Assembly (NCBI GenBank): GCA_964016885.1
Contig: OZ024740.1
Location: forward strand, 79,174,001 to 79,238,000
Direction of reading: 5' to 3'
DNA: 64,000 nt
Origin: Eledone cirrhosa
Lineage: Eukaryota
Shown here: positions 1 to 14,660 of the stretch, in pieces
Numbering within the stretch: the stretch's first letter is position 1
Layout of the letters: every line of letters begins with the position of its first letter
The notes under the pieces: model-generated
What the model was told of the DNA's origin: nothing
Databases searched by the model: none
The model's input: only the letters and a program-made list of their open reading frames with translations
Program-made: the position numbers and the translations under genes

Positions 1-759
1 AGGAACTGTTGTAAGACAACAATAAGGGTGTTTAGATAGATATAACACAATAGGAACTGTAATAAGACACTAAAAATAGGGGTGTTTAGATAATAGATAT
101 AACACAGTAGGAACTCTTATAAGACAATAACAATAGGGGTGTTTAGATAGATATAACACAAGACGAACTGTTACAAGACAGTAACAATAGGGGTGTTTAG
201 ATAGATATAACACAATAGGAACTGTTATAAGACAACAATAGGGGTGTTTAGATAATAGCTATAACACAGTAGGAACTGTTATAAGACACTAACAATAGGG
301 ATGGTTAGATAGATATAACACAATAGGAACTGTTATAAGACAACAATAGGGGTGTTTAGATAGATATAACACAGTAGGAACTGTTATAAGACACTAACAA
401 TAGGGGTGTTTAGATAGATATAACACAGTAGGAACAGTTATAAGACACTAACAATAGGGATGGTTAGATAGATATAACACAATAGGAACTGTTATAAGAC
501 ACTAACAATAGGGGTGTTTAGATAATAGATATAACAGAGTAGGAACTGTTATAAGACACTAACAATAGGGGTGTTTAGATAGATATAAACACAATAGTAA
601 CTGTTATAAGACACTAAAAATAGGGGTGTTTAGATAATAGATATAACACAGTAGGAACTGTTATAAGACACTAACAATACGGTGTTTAGATAGATATAAC
701 ACAATAGGAACTGTTGTAAGACAACAATAGGGGTGTTTAGATAGATATAACAGAATAGA

Positions 760-3700
760 AACTGTTATAAGACAACAATAGGGGTGTTTAGATAGATATA
801 ACACAATAGGAACTGTTATAAGATACTAACGATAGGGGTTTTTAGATAGATATAACACAGTAGGAACTGTTATAAGACACTAACAATAGAGGTGTTTAGA
901 TAATAGATAGAACACAATAGGAACTGTTATAAGACAGCAATAGGGTTGTTCAGATAATAGATATAACACAGTAGGAACTGTTATAAGACAACAATAGGGG
1001 TGTATAGATAGATATAAAACAATAGGAACTGTTATAAGAAACTAACAATAGGGGTGTTTAGATAGATATAACACCTTAGGAACTGTTATAAGACAGCAAT
1101 AGGAGTTTTAAGATAGATATAATACAGTAGGAACTGTTATAAGACACTAACAATAGGACTGTTTAGATAGATATAACACAATAGGAACTGTTATAAGACA
1201 CTAAAAATAGGGGTGTCTAGATAGATATAACACAATAGGAACTGTTATAAGACACTAACAATAGGGGTGTTTAGATAATAGATATAACACCCTAGGAACT
1301 GTTATAAGACATTAACAATAGGGGTGTTTAGATAGATATAACAGAGTAGGAGCTGTTATAAGACACTAACAATAGGGGTGTTTAGATAGATATAACACAG
1401 TAAGAAGTGTTATAAGACACTAACAATATGGGTGTTTAGATATATATAACACAATAGGAACTGTTATAAGACAACAATAGGGGTGTTTAGATAATAGATA
1501 TAACACCCTAGGAACTGTTATAAGACATTAACAATAGGGTATCTAGATAGATATAACAGAAGAGGAACTGTTATAAGACACTAAAAATATGGGTGTTTAG
1601 ATAGATATAACACAATAGGAACTGTTATAAGACACTAACAATATGGGTGTTTAGATAGATATGACACAATAGGAACTGTTATAAGACAACAATAGGGGTG
1701 TTTAGATAATAGATATAACACAGCAGGAACTGTTATAAGACACTAACAATAGGGTTATTTAGATAGATATAACACAATAGGAACTGCTGTAAGACAACAA
1801 TAGGGGTATTTAGATAGATATAACACAGTAGTAACTCTTATAAGACACTAACAATACGGGTGTTTAGATAGATATAACACAATAGGAACTGTTATAAGAC
1901 ACCAATAGGGGTGTTTAGATAATAGATATAACACAGTGGGAACTGTTATAAGACAGTAACAATACGGGTGTTTAGATATTTATGACACAATAGGAACTGT
2001 TATAAGACACTAGCAATAGGGGTGTTAAGATAATAGATATAACACAGTAAGAACTGTTATAAGACACTAAAAATAGGGCTGTTTAGATAGATATAAAACA
2101 ATAGGAACTGTTATAAGACACTAACAATAGGGGTGTTTAGATAATAGATATAGCAGAGTAGGAACTGTTATAAGACACTAACAATAGGGGTATTTAGATA
2201 GATATAAAATAATAGGAACTGTTGTAAGACAACAACAGGTGTGTTTAGATACATATAAAAACGTAGGAACTGTCATAAGACACTAAAATAGGGGTGTTTA
2301 GATAGATATAACACAATAGGAACTGCTATAAGACAGCAATAGGGGTGTTTAGATAAATACAACACAGTAGGAAATGTTATAAGACACTAACAATAAGTAG
2401 TGTTTAGATAGATATAACACAATAGGAACTGTTATAAGACACTAACAATAGGGGTGTTTAGATAATAGATATAACACAGTAGGAACTGTTATAAGACACT
2501 AACAATAGGGGTGTTTAGATAGATATAAACACAATAGTAACTGTTATAAGACACTAAAAATAGGGGTGTTTAGATAATAGATATAACACAGTAGGAACTG
2601 TTATAAGACACTAACAATACGGTGTTTAGATAGATATAACACAATAGGAACTGTTGTAAGACAACAATAGGGGTGTTTAGATAGATATAACACAATAGAA
2701 ACTGTTATAAGACAACAATAGGGGTGTTTAGATAGATATAACACAATAGGAACTGTTATAAGATACTAACGATAGGGGTGTTTAGATAGATATAACACAG
2801 TAGGAACTGTTATAAGACACTAACAATAGGGGTGTTTAGATAATAGATAGAACACAATAGGAACTGTTATAAGTCAGCAATAGGGTTGTTCAGATAATAG
2901 ATATAACACAGTAGGAACTGTTATAAGACAACAATAGGGGTGTCTAGCTAGATATAAAACAATAGGAACTGTTATAAGAAACTAACAATAGTGGTGTTTA
3001 GATAGATATAACACTTTAGGAACTGTTATTAGACAGCAATAGGAGTTTTTAGATAGATATAATACAGTAGGAACTGTTATAAGACACTAACAATAGGACT
3101 GTTTAGATAGATATAACACAATAGGAACTGTTATAAGACACTAAAAATAGGGGTGTCTAGATAGATATAACACAATAGGAACTACTATAAGACACTAACA
3201 ATAGGGATGTTTAGATAGATATAACACAATAGGAACTGTTATAAGACACTAACAATAGGGGTGTTTAGATAGATATAACACAGTAGGAACTGTTATAAGA
3301 CACTAACAATAGGGGTGTTTAAATAGATATAACACAATAGGAACTGTTATAAGACAACAATAGGGGTGTTTAGATAATAGATATATCACAGTAGAAACTG
3401 TCATAAGACACTAACAATAGGGATGTTTAGATAGATATAACACAATAGGAACTGTTATAAGACACTAACAATAGGGGTGTTTAGATAATAGATATAACAC
3501 CCTAGGAACTGTTATAAGACACTAACAATAGGGGTGTTTAGATAGATATAACACAGTAGGAGCTGTTATAAGACACTAACAATAGGGGTGTTTAGATAGA
3601 TATAACACAGTAGGAACTCTTATAAGACACTAACAATAGGGGTGTTTAGATAGATATAACACAGTAGAAACTCTTATAAAACACTAACAATAGGGGTGTT

Positions 3701-6700
3701 TAGATAGATATAACACAGAAGGAAATGTTATAAGACACTAACAATACGGGTGTTTAGATAGATATAACACAGTAGGAACTCTTATAAGACACTAACAATA
3801 GGGGTGTTTAGATAGATATAACACAATAGGAACTGTTATAAGTCACTAACAAGAGGGGTGTTTAGATAGATATAACACAGTAGGAACTCTTATAAGACAC
3901 TAACAATAGGGGTGTTTAAACAGATATAACACAGTAGGAAATGTTATAAGACACTAACAATAGGGGTGTTTAGATAGATATAACACAATAGGAACTGTTA
4001 TAAGACAGTAACAATAGGGGTGTTTAGATAATAGATATAACACAGTAGGAACTGTCATAAGACACTAACAATAGGGGTATTTAGATAGATATAACACAAT
4101 AGGAACTGTTGTAAGACAACAATAAGGGTGTTTAGATAGATATAACACAATAGGAACTGTAATAAGACACTAAAAATAGGGGTGTTTAGATAATAGATAT
4201 AACACAGTAGGAACTCTTATAAGACAATAACAATAGGGGTGTTTAGATAGATATAACACAAGACGAACTGTTACAAGACAGTAACAATAGGGGTGTTTAG
4301 ATAGATATAACACAATAGGAACTGTTATAAGACAACAATAGGGGTGTTTAGATAGATATAACACAATAGGAACTGTTATAAGATACTAACGATAGGGGTT
4401 TTTAGATAGATATAACACAGTAGGAACTGTTATAAGACACTAACAATAGAGGTGTTTAGATAATAGATAGAACACAATAGGAACTGTTATAAGACAGCAA
4501 TAGGGTTGTTCAGATAATAGATATAACACAGTAGGAACTGTTATAAGACAACAATAGGGGTGTATAGATAGATATAAAACAATAGGAACTGTTATAAGAA
4601 ACTAACAATAGGGGTGTTTAGATAGATATAACACCTTAGGAACTGTTATAAGACAGCAATAGGAGTTTTAAGATAGATATAATACAGTAGGAACTGTTAT
4701 AAGACACTAACAATAGGACTGTTTAGATAGATATAACACAATAGGAACTGTTATAAGACACTAAAAATAGGGGTGTCTAGATAGATATAACACAATAGGA
4801 ACTGTTATAAGACACTAACAATAGGGGTGTTTAGATAATAGATATAACACCCTAGGAACTGTTATAAGACATTAACAATAGGGGTGTTTAGATAGATATA
4901 ACAGAGTAGGAGCTGTTATAAGACACTAACAATAGGGGTGTTTAGATAGATATAACACAGTAAGAAGTGTTATAAGACACTAACAATATGGGTGTTTAGA
5001 TAGATATAACACAATAGGAACTGTTATAAGACAACAATAGGGGTGTTTAGATAATAGATATAACACCCTAGGAACTGTTATAAGACATTAACAATAGGGT
5101 ATCTAGATAGATATAACAGAAGAGGAACTGTTATAAGACACTAAAAATATGGGTGTTTAGATAGATATAACACAATAGGAACTGTTATAAGACACTAACA
5201 ATATGGGTGTTTAGATAGATATGACACAATAGGAACTGTTATAAGACAACAATAGGGGTGTTTAGATAATAGATATAACACAGCAGGAACTGTTATAAGA
5301 CACTAACAATAGGGTTATTTAGATAGATATAACACAATAGGAACTGCTGTAAGACAACAATAGGGGTATTTAGATAGATATAACACAGTAGTAACTCTTA
5401 TAAGACACTAACAATACGGGTGTTTAGATAGATATAACACAATAGGAACTGTTATAAGACACCAATAGGGGTGTTTAGATAATAGATATAACACAGTGGG
5501 AACTGTTATAAGACAGTAACAATACGGGTGTTTAGATATTTATGACACAATAGGAACTGTTATAAGACACTAGCAATAGGGGTGTTAAGATAATAGATAT
5601 AACACAGTAAGAACTGTTATAAGACACTAAAAATAGGGCTGTTTAGATAGATATAAAACAATAGGAACTGTTATAAGACACTAACAATAGGGGTGTTTAG
5701 ATAATAGATATAGCAGAGTAGGAACTGTTATAAGACACTAACAATAGGGGTATTTAGATAGATATAAAATAATAGGAACTGTTGTAAGACAACAACAGGT
5801 GTGTTTAGATACATATAAAAACGTAGGAACTGTCATAAGACACTAACAATAGGGGTGTTTAGATAGATATAACACAATAGGAACTGCTATAAGACAGCAA
5901 TAGGGGTGTTTAGATAAATACAACACAGTAGGAAATGTTATAAGACACTAACAATAAGTAGTGTTTAGATAGATATAACACAATAGGAACTGTTATAAGA
6001 CACTAACAATAGGGTTGTTTAGATAATAGATATAACACAGTAGGAACTGTTATAAGACACTAACAATAGGGGTGTTTAGATAGATATAAACACAATAGTA
6101 ACTGTTATAAGACACTAAAAATAGGGGTGTTTAGATAATAGATATAACACAGTAGGAACTGTTATAAGACACTAACAATACGGTGTTTAGATAGATATAA
6201 CACAATAGGAACTGTTGTAAGACAACAATAGGGGTGTTTAGATAGATATAACACAATAGAAACTGTTATAAGACAACAATAGGGGTGTTTAGATAGATAT
6301 AACACAATAGGAACTGTTATAAGATACTAACGATAGGGGTGTTTAGATAGATATAACACAGTAGGAACTGTTATAAGACACTAACAATAGGGGTGTTTAG
6401 ATAATAGATAGAACACAATAGGAACTGTTATAAGACAGCAATAGGGTTGTTCAGATAATAGATATAACACAGTAGGAACTGTTATAAGACAACAATAGGG
6501 GTGTCTAGCTAGATATAAAACAATAGGAACTGTTATAAGAAACTAACAATAGGGGTGTTTAGATAGATATAACACTTTAGGAACTGTTATTAGACAGCAA
6601 TAGGAGTTTTTAGATAGATATAATACAGTAGGAACTGTTATAAGACACTAACAATAGGACTGTTTAGATAGATATAACACAATAGGAACTGTTATAAGAC

Positions 6701-7560
6701 ACTAAAAATAGGGGTGTCTAGATAGAAAATAACACAATAGGAACTACTATAAGACACTAACAATAGGGATGTTTAGATAGATATAACACAATAGGAACTG
6801 TTATAAGACACTAACAATAGGGGTGTTTAGATAGATATAACACAGTAGGAACTGTTATAAGACACTAACAATAGGGGTGTTTAAATAGATATAACACAAT
6901 AGGAACTGTTATAAGACAACAATAGGGGTGTTTAGATAATAGATATATCACAGTAGAAACTGTCATAAGACACTAACAATAGGGATGTTTAGATAGATAT
7001 AACACAATAGGAACTGTTATAAGACACTAACAATAGGGGTGTTTAGATAATAGATATAACACCCTAGGAACTGTTATAAGACACTAACAATAGGGGTGTT
7101 TAGATAGATATAACACAGTAGGAGCTGTTATAAGACACTAACAATAGGGGTGTTTAGATAGATATAACACAGTAGGAACTCTTATAAGACACTAACAATA
7201 GGGGTGTTTAGATAGATATAACACAGTAGAAACTCTTATAAAACACTAACAATAGGGGTGTTTAGATAGATATAACACAAAAGGAAATGTTATAAGACAC
7301 TAACAATACGGGTGTTTAGATAGATATAACACAGTAGGAACTCTTATAAGACACTAACAATAGGGGTGTTTAGATAGATATAACACAATAGGAACTGTTA
7401 TAAGTCACTAACAAGAGGGGTGTTTAGATAGATATAACACAGTAGGAACTCTTATAAGACACTAACAATAGGGGTGTTTAAACAGATATAACACAGTAGG
7501 ATATCTTATAAGACACTAACAATAGGGGTGTTTAGATAGATATAACACAATAGGAACTGT
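760..7560. repeat. ~3.56-kb higher-order tandem duplication within the satellite (about 760-4000 and 4320-7560)
   Basis: Diagnostic variant monomers recur at offset 3560-3562, e.g. 841 vs 4401 and AGTCACTAACAAGAGGGG at 3841 vs 7403. Boundaries are approximate. Confidence 0.85.
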
Positions 7561-10500
7561 TATAAGACAACAATAAGGGTGTTTAGATAGATATAACACA
7601 ATAGGAACTGTTATAAGACAACAATAAGGGTGTTTAGATAGATATAACACAATAGGAACTGTAATAAGACACTAAAAATAGGGGTGTTTAGATAATAGAT
7701 ATAACACTGTAGGAACTCTTATAAGACAATAACAATAGGGGTGTTTAGATAGATATAACACAAGACGAACTGTTACAAGACAGTAACAATAGGGGTGTTT
7801 AGATAGATATAACACAATAGGAACTGTTATAAGACAACAATAGGGGTGTTTAGATAATAGCTATAACATAGTAGGAACTGTTATAAGACACTAACAATAG
7901 GGATGGTTAGATAGATATAACACAATAGGAACTGTTATAAGACAACAATAGGGGTGTTTAGATAGATATAACACAGTAGGAACTGTTATAAGACACTAAC
8001 AATAGGGGTGTTTAGATAGATATAACACAGTAGGAACAGTTATAAGACACTAACAATAGGGATGGTTAGATAGATATAACACAATAGGAACTGTTATAAG
8101 ACACTAACAATAGGGGTGTTTAGATAATAGATATAACAGAGTAGGAACTGTTATAAGACACTAACAATAGGGGTGTTTAGATAGATATAAACACAATAGT
8201 AACTGTTATAAGACACTAACAATAGGGGTGTTTAGATAATAGATATAACACAGTAGGAACTGTTATAAGACACTAACAATACGGTGTTTAGATAGATATA
8301 ACACAATAGGAACTGTTATAAGACAACAATAGGGGTGTTTAGATAGATATAACACAATAGGAACTGTTATAAGATACTAACGATAGGGGTTTTTAGATAG
8401 ACATAACACAGTAGGAACTGTTATAAGACACTAACAATAGAGGTGTTTAGATAATAGATAGAACACAATAGGAACTGTTATAAGACAGCAATAGGGTTGT
8501 TCAGATAATAGATAAAACACAGTAGGAACTGTTATACACACTAACAATAGGGGTGTTTAGATAGATATAACACAATAGCAACTGTTATAAGACAATAGGG
8601 GTGTTTAGATAATAAATATAATACATTAAGAACTGTTATGAGACACTAACAATAGGGGCATTTAGATAGATATAACACAATAGGAACTGTTGTAAGACAA
8701 CAATAGGGGTGTTTAGATAGATATAACACAATAGGAACTGTTATAAGACACTAACAATAGAGGTGATTAAATAGATATAACACAGTAGGAACAGTTATAA
8801 CACACTGACAATAGGGGTGTTTAGATAGATATAACACAATAGGAACTGTTATAAGACAGCAATAGGGGTGTTTACATAGATATAACACAGCAAGAACTGT
8901 TATAAGACACAAACAATACGACGGTTTAGATAGATATAAAAGAATAGGAACTGTTATAAGAGAGCAATAAAAGTTTTTAGATAGATATAATACAGTAGGA
9001 ACATGTTATAAGACACAACAATAGAACTGTTTATATAGATATAACACAATAGGAACTGTTATAAGACGCTAAAAATAGGGGTGTTTAGACAGATATAACA
9101 CAGTTAGAACTGTTAGAAGACACAAACAATAGGGGTGTTTAGATAGATATAACACAATAGGAACTGTTATAATACAACAATAGGGGTGTTTAGATAGATA
9201 TAACACAGTTAGAACTGTTATAAGACACAAACAATAGGGGTGTTTAGATAGATATAACACAATAGGAATTGTTGTAAGACAACAATAGGGGTGTTTAGAT
9301 AGATATAACACAATAGGAACAGTTATAAGACACTAACAATAGGGATGGTTAGATAGATATAACACAATAGGAACTGTTATAAGACAACAATAGGGGTGTT
9401 TAGATAGATATAACACAATAGGAACTGTTATAAGCCAACAATAGGGGCGTTTAGATAATAGATATAACTCAGTAGGAACTGTTATAAGGGTGTTTAGATA
9501 GATATAACACAATAGGAACTGTTGTAAGACAACAATAGGGGTGTTTAGATAGATATAACACAGTAGAAACTGTTATAAGACAATAATAGGGTTTTTTAGA
9601 TATATATAATGCAATAGGAACTGTTATAAGATACAAACAATAGGGGTGTTTAGATAGATATAACACAGTAGGAACTGTTATAAGACACTAACAATAGGGG
9701 TGTTTAGATAATAGATAGAACACAATAGGAACTGTTATAAGACAGCAATAGGGTTGTTTTAGATAATAGATATGACAGAAGGAACTGTTATAAGACAACG
9801 ATAGGGGTGTCTAGATAGATATAAAACAATAGGAACTGTTATAAGAAACTAACAATAGGGGTATTTAGATAGATATAACACAATAGGAACTACTATAAGA
9901 CACTAACAATAGGGATGTTTAGATAGATATAACACAATAGGAACTGTTATAATACAACAATAGGGGTGTTTAGATAATAGATATAACACAGTAGGAACTG
10001 TTATAACACACTAACAATAGGGGTGTTTAGATAGATATAACACAATAGGAACTGTTATAAGACAGCAGTAGGAGTTTTTAGATAGATATAACAAAGTAGG
10101 AACTGTTATAAACTCTAACAATAGGACTGTTTAGATAGACATAACACAATAGGAACTGTTATAAGACTCTAAAAATAGGGGTGTTTAGATAGATATAACA
10201 CAGTTGGAACTGTTATAAGACACAAACAATAGGGGTGTTTAGATAGATATAATACAATAGGAACTGTTATAAGACACTAACAATAGGGGTGTTTAGATAG
10301 ATATAACACAGTAGGAACTGTTATAAGACACTAACAATAGGGGTGTTTAGATAGATATAACCGAGTTAGAACTGTTATAAGACACTAACAATAGGGGTGT
10401 TTAGATAATAGATATATCACAGTAGAAACTGTCATAAGACACTAACACTAGGGATGTTTAGATATATATAACACGATAGGAACTGTTATAAGATACTAAC

Positions 10501-11329
10501 AATAGGGGTGTTTAGATAGATATAAGACAGTAGGAACTGTTATAAGACACTAACAATAGGGCTGTTTAGATAGATATAACACAATAGGAACTGTCATAAG
10601 ACACCAATAGAGGTGTTTAGATAATAGCTATAACACAGTAGAAACTGTCATAAGACACTAACAATATGGTTGTTTAGATAGATATAACGCAATAGGAACT
10701 GTTATAAGACAACAATAGGGGTGTTTAGATTATAAATATAACACAGTAGGAACTGTTATAATACACTAACGATAGGGATATTTAGATAGATATAACACAG
10801 TAGGAACTGTTATAAGACAAAAATAGGGGTGTTTAGATAATAGATAAAACACAGCAGGAACTGTTATAAGACACTAACTATAGGGGTATTTAGATAGATA
10901 TAACTGAATAGGAACTGTTGTAAGACAACAACAGGTGTGTTTAGATACATATAAAAAAGTAGGAACTGTTATAAGACACTAACAATAGGGGTGTTTAGAT
11001 AGATATAACACAGTAGGAACTGTTATAAGACACTAACAATAGGGGTGTTTAGATAATAGATAGAACACAATAGGAACTGTTATAAGACAGCAATAGGGTT
11101 GTTTTAGATAATAGATATAACACAATAGGAACTGTTATAAGACACTAAAAATAGGGGTGTTTAGATAGATATACCACAGTTAGAACTGTTATAAGACACT
11201 AACAATAGGGGTGTTTAGATAGATATAAACACAATAGTAACTGTTATAAGACACTAAAAATAGGGGTGTTTAGATAATAGATATATCACAGTAGAAACTG
11301 TCATAAGACACTAACAATAGGGATGTTTA

Positions 11330-14300
11330 GATAGATATAACACAATAGGAACTGTTATAAGACACTAACAATAGGGGTGTTTAGATAATAGATATAACAC
11401 CCTAGGAACTGTTATAAGACATTAACAATAGGGGTATTTAGATAGATATAACAGAAGAGGAACTGTTATAAGACACTAAAAATATGGGTGTTTAGATAGA
11501 TATAACACAATAGGAACTGTTATAAGACAAGAATAGGGGTGTTTAGATAATAGATATAACACAGCAGGAACTGTTATAAGACACTAACAATAGGGGTATT
11601 TTGATAGATATAACTGAATAGGAACTGTTGTAAGACAACAACAGGTGTCTTTAGATACATATAAAAAAGTAGGAACTGTTATAAGACACTAACAATAGGG
11701 GTGTTTAGATAGATATAACACAATAGGAACTGTTATAAGACAGCAATAGGGGTGTTTAGATAAATACAACACAGTAGGAACTGTTATAAGACACTAACAA
11801 TATGAGTGTTTAGATAGATATAACACAATAGAAACTGTTATAAGACAACAATAGAGGTGTTTAGATAGATATAACACAATAGGAACTGTTATAAGACAAC
11901 GATAGGGGTGTTTAGATGGATATAACACAGTAAGAACTGTTATAAGACACTAACAATAGGGGTGTTTAGATAATAGATATAAAACCCTAGGAATTGTTAT
12001 AAGACACTAACAATAGGGTTTTTAGATAGATATAACACAATAGGAACTGTTGTAAGACAACAATAGGGGTGTTTAGATAGATATAACACAGTAGAAACTG
12101 TTATAAGTCAACAATAGGGGTGTTTAGATATATATAACACAATAGGAACTGTTATAAGATACTAACAATAGGGGTGTTTAGATAGATATAAGACAGTAGG
12201 AACTGTTATAAGACACTAACAATAGGGGTGTTTAGATAATAGATAGAACACAATAGGAACTGTTATAAGACAGCAATAGGGTTGCTTTAGATAATAGATA
12301 TAACACAGTTGAAACGGTTGTAAGACAACAATAGGGGTGTTTAGATAGATATAACACAGTAGGAACTGTTATAAGACACTAGAAATAGGGGTGTTTAGAT
12401 AGATATACCACAGTTAGAACTGTTATAAGACACTAACAATAGGGGTGTTTAGATTATAGATATAACACCCTAGGAACTGTTATAAGACATTAACAATAGG
12501 GGTATTTAGATAGTTATAACAGAAGAGGAACTGTTATAAGACACTAAAAATATGGGTGTTTAGATAGATATAACACAATAGGAACTGTTATAAGACAACA
12601 ATAGGGGTGTTTAGATAATAGATATAACACAGCAGGAACTGTTATAAGACACTAACAATAGGGGTATTTAGATAGATATAACTGAATAGGAACTGTTGTA
12701 AGACAACAACAGGTGTGTTTAGATACATATAAAAAAGTAGGAACTGTTATAAGACACTAACAATAGGGGTGTTTAGATAGATATAACACAATAGGAACTG
12801 TTATAAGACAGCAATATGGGTGTTTAGATAAATACAACACAGTAGGAACTGTTATAAGACACTAACAATATGAGTGTTTAGATAGATTTAACACAATAGA
12901 AACTGTTATAAGACAACAATAGAGGTGTTTAGATAGATATAACACAATAGGAACTGTTATAAGACAACGATAGGGGTGTTTAGATAGATATAACACAGTA
13001 AGAACTGTTATAAGACACTAACAATAGAGTTTTTAGATAGATATAACACAATAGGAACTGTTGTAAGACAACAATAGGGGTGTTTAGATAGATATAACAC
13101 AGTAGAAACTGTTATAAGTCAACAATAGGGGTGTTTAGATATATATAACACAATAGGAACTGTTATAAGATACTAACGATAGGGGTGTTTAGATAATAGA
13201 TAGAACACAATAGGAACTGTTATAAGACAGCAATAGGGTTGTTTTAGATAATAGATATAACACAGTAGGAACTGTTGTAAGACAACAATAGGGGTGTTTA
13301 GATAGATATAACACAGTAGGAACTGTTATAAGACACTAAAAATAGGGGTGTTTAGATAGATATACCACAGTTAAAACTGTTATAAAACACTAACAATGGG
13401 GGTGTTTAGATAATAGATATATCACAGTAGAAACTGTCATAAGACACTAACAATAGGGATGTTTAGATAGATATAACACAATAGGAACTGTTATAAGACA
13501 CTAACAATAGGGGTGTTTAGATAATAGATATAACACCTAGGAACTGTTATAAGACATTAACAATAGGGGTATTTAGATAGATATAACAGATGAGGAACTG
13601 TTATAAGACACTAAAATTATGGGTGTTTAGATAGATATAACACAATAGGAACTGTTATAAAACAACAATAGGGGTGTTTAGATAATAGATATAACACAGC
13701 AGGAACTGTTATAGGACACTAACAATAGGGGTATTTAAATAGATATAACAGAATAGTAACTGTTGTAAGACAACAACAGGTGTGTTTAGATACATATAAA
13801 AAAGTAGGAACTGTTATAAGACACTAACAATAGGGGTGTTTAGATAGATATAACACAATAGGAACTGTTATAAGACAGCAATAGGGGTGTTTAGATAAAT
13901 ACAACACAGTAGGAACTGTTATAAGACACTAACAATATGAGTGTTTAGATAGATATAACACAATAGAAACTGTTATAAGACAACAATAGAGGGGTTTAGA
14001 TAGATATAACACAATAGGAACTGTTATAAGACAACGATAGGGGTGTTTAGATAGATATAACACAGTAAGAACTGTTAGAAGACACTAACAATAGGGGTGT
14101 TTAGATAATAGATATAAAACCCTAGGAATTGTTATAAGACACTAACAATAGGGTTTTTATATAGATATAACACAATAGGAACTGTTGTAAGACAACAATA
14201 GGGGTGTTTAGATAGATATAACACAGTAGAAACTGTTATAAGTCAACAATAGGGGTGTTTAGATATATATAACACAATAGGAACTGTTATAAGATACTAA

Positions 14301-14660
14301 CAATAGGGGTGTTTAGATAGATATAAGACAGTAGGAACTGTTATAAGACACTAACAATAGGGGTGTTTAGATAATAGATAGAACACAATAGGAACTGTTA
14401 TAAGACAACAATAGGGGTGTTTAGATAATAGATATATCACAGTAGAAACTGTCATAAGACACTAACAATAGGGATGTTTAGATAGATATAACACAATAGG
14501 AACTGTTATAAGACACTAACAATAGGGGTGTTTAGATAATAGATATAACACCCTAGGAACTGTTATAAGACATTAACAATAGGGGTATTTAGATAGTTAT
14601 AACAGAAGAGGAACTGTTATAAGACACTAAAAATATGGGTGTTTAGATAGATATAACACA
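11330..14660. repeat. ~1.07-kb (about 20-monomer) higher-order repeat, about 3 copies
   Basis: The marker GTAAGACAACAACAGGTGT...ATACATATAAAAAAGTAGG recurs at about 11630, 12700 and 13770. The same block reappears at about 30270-33650. Confidence 0.8.
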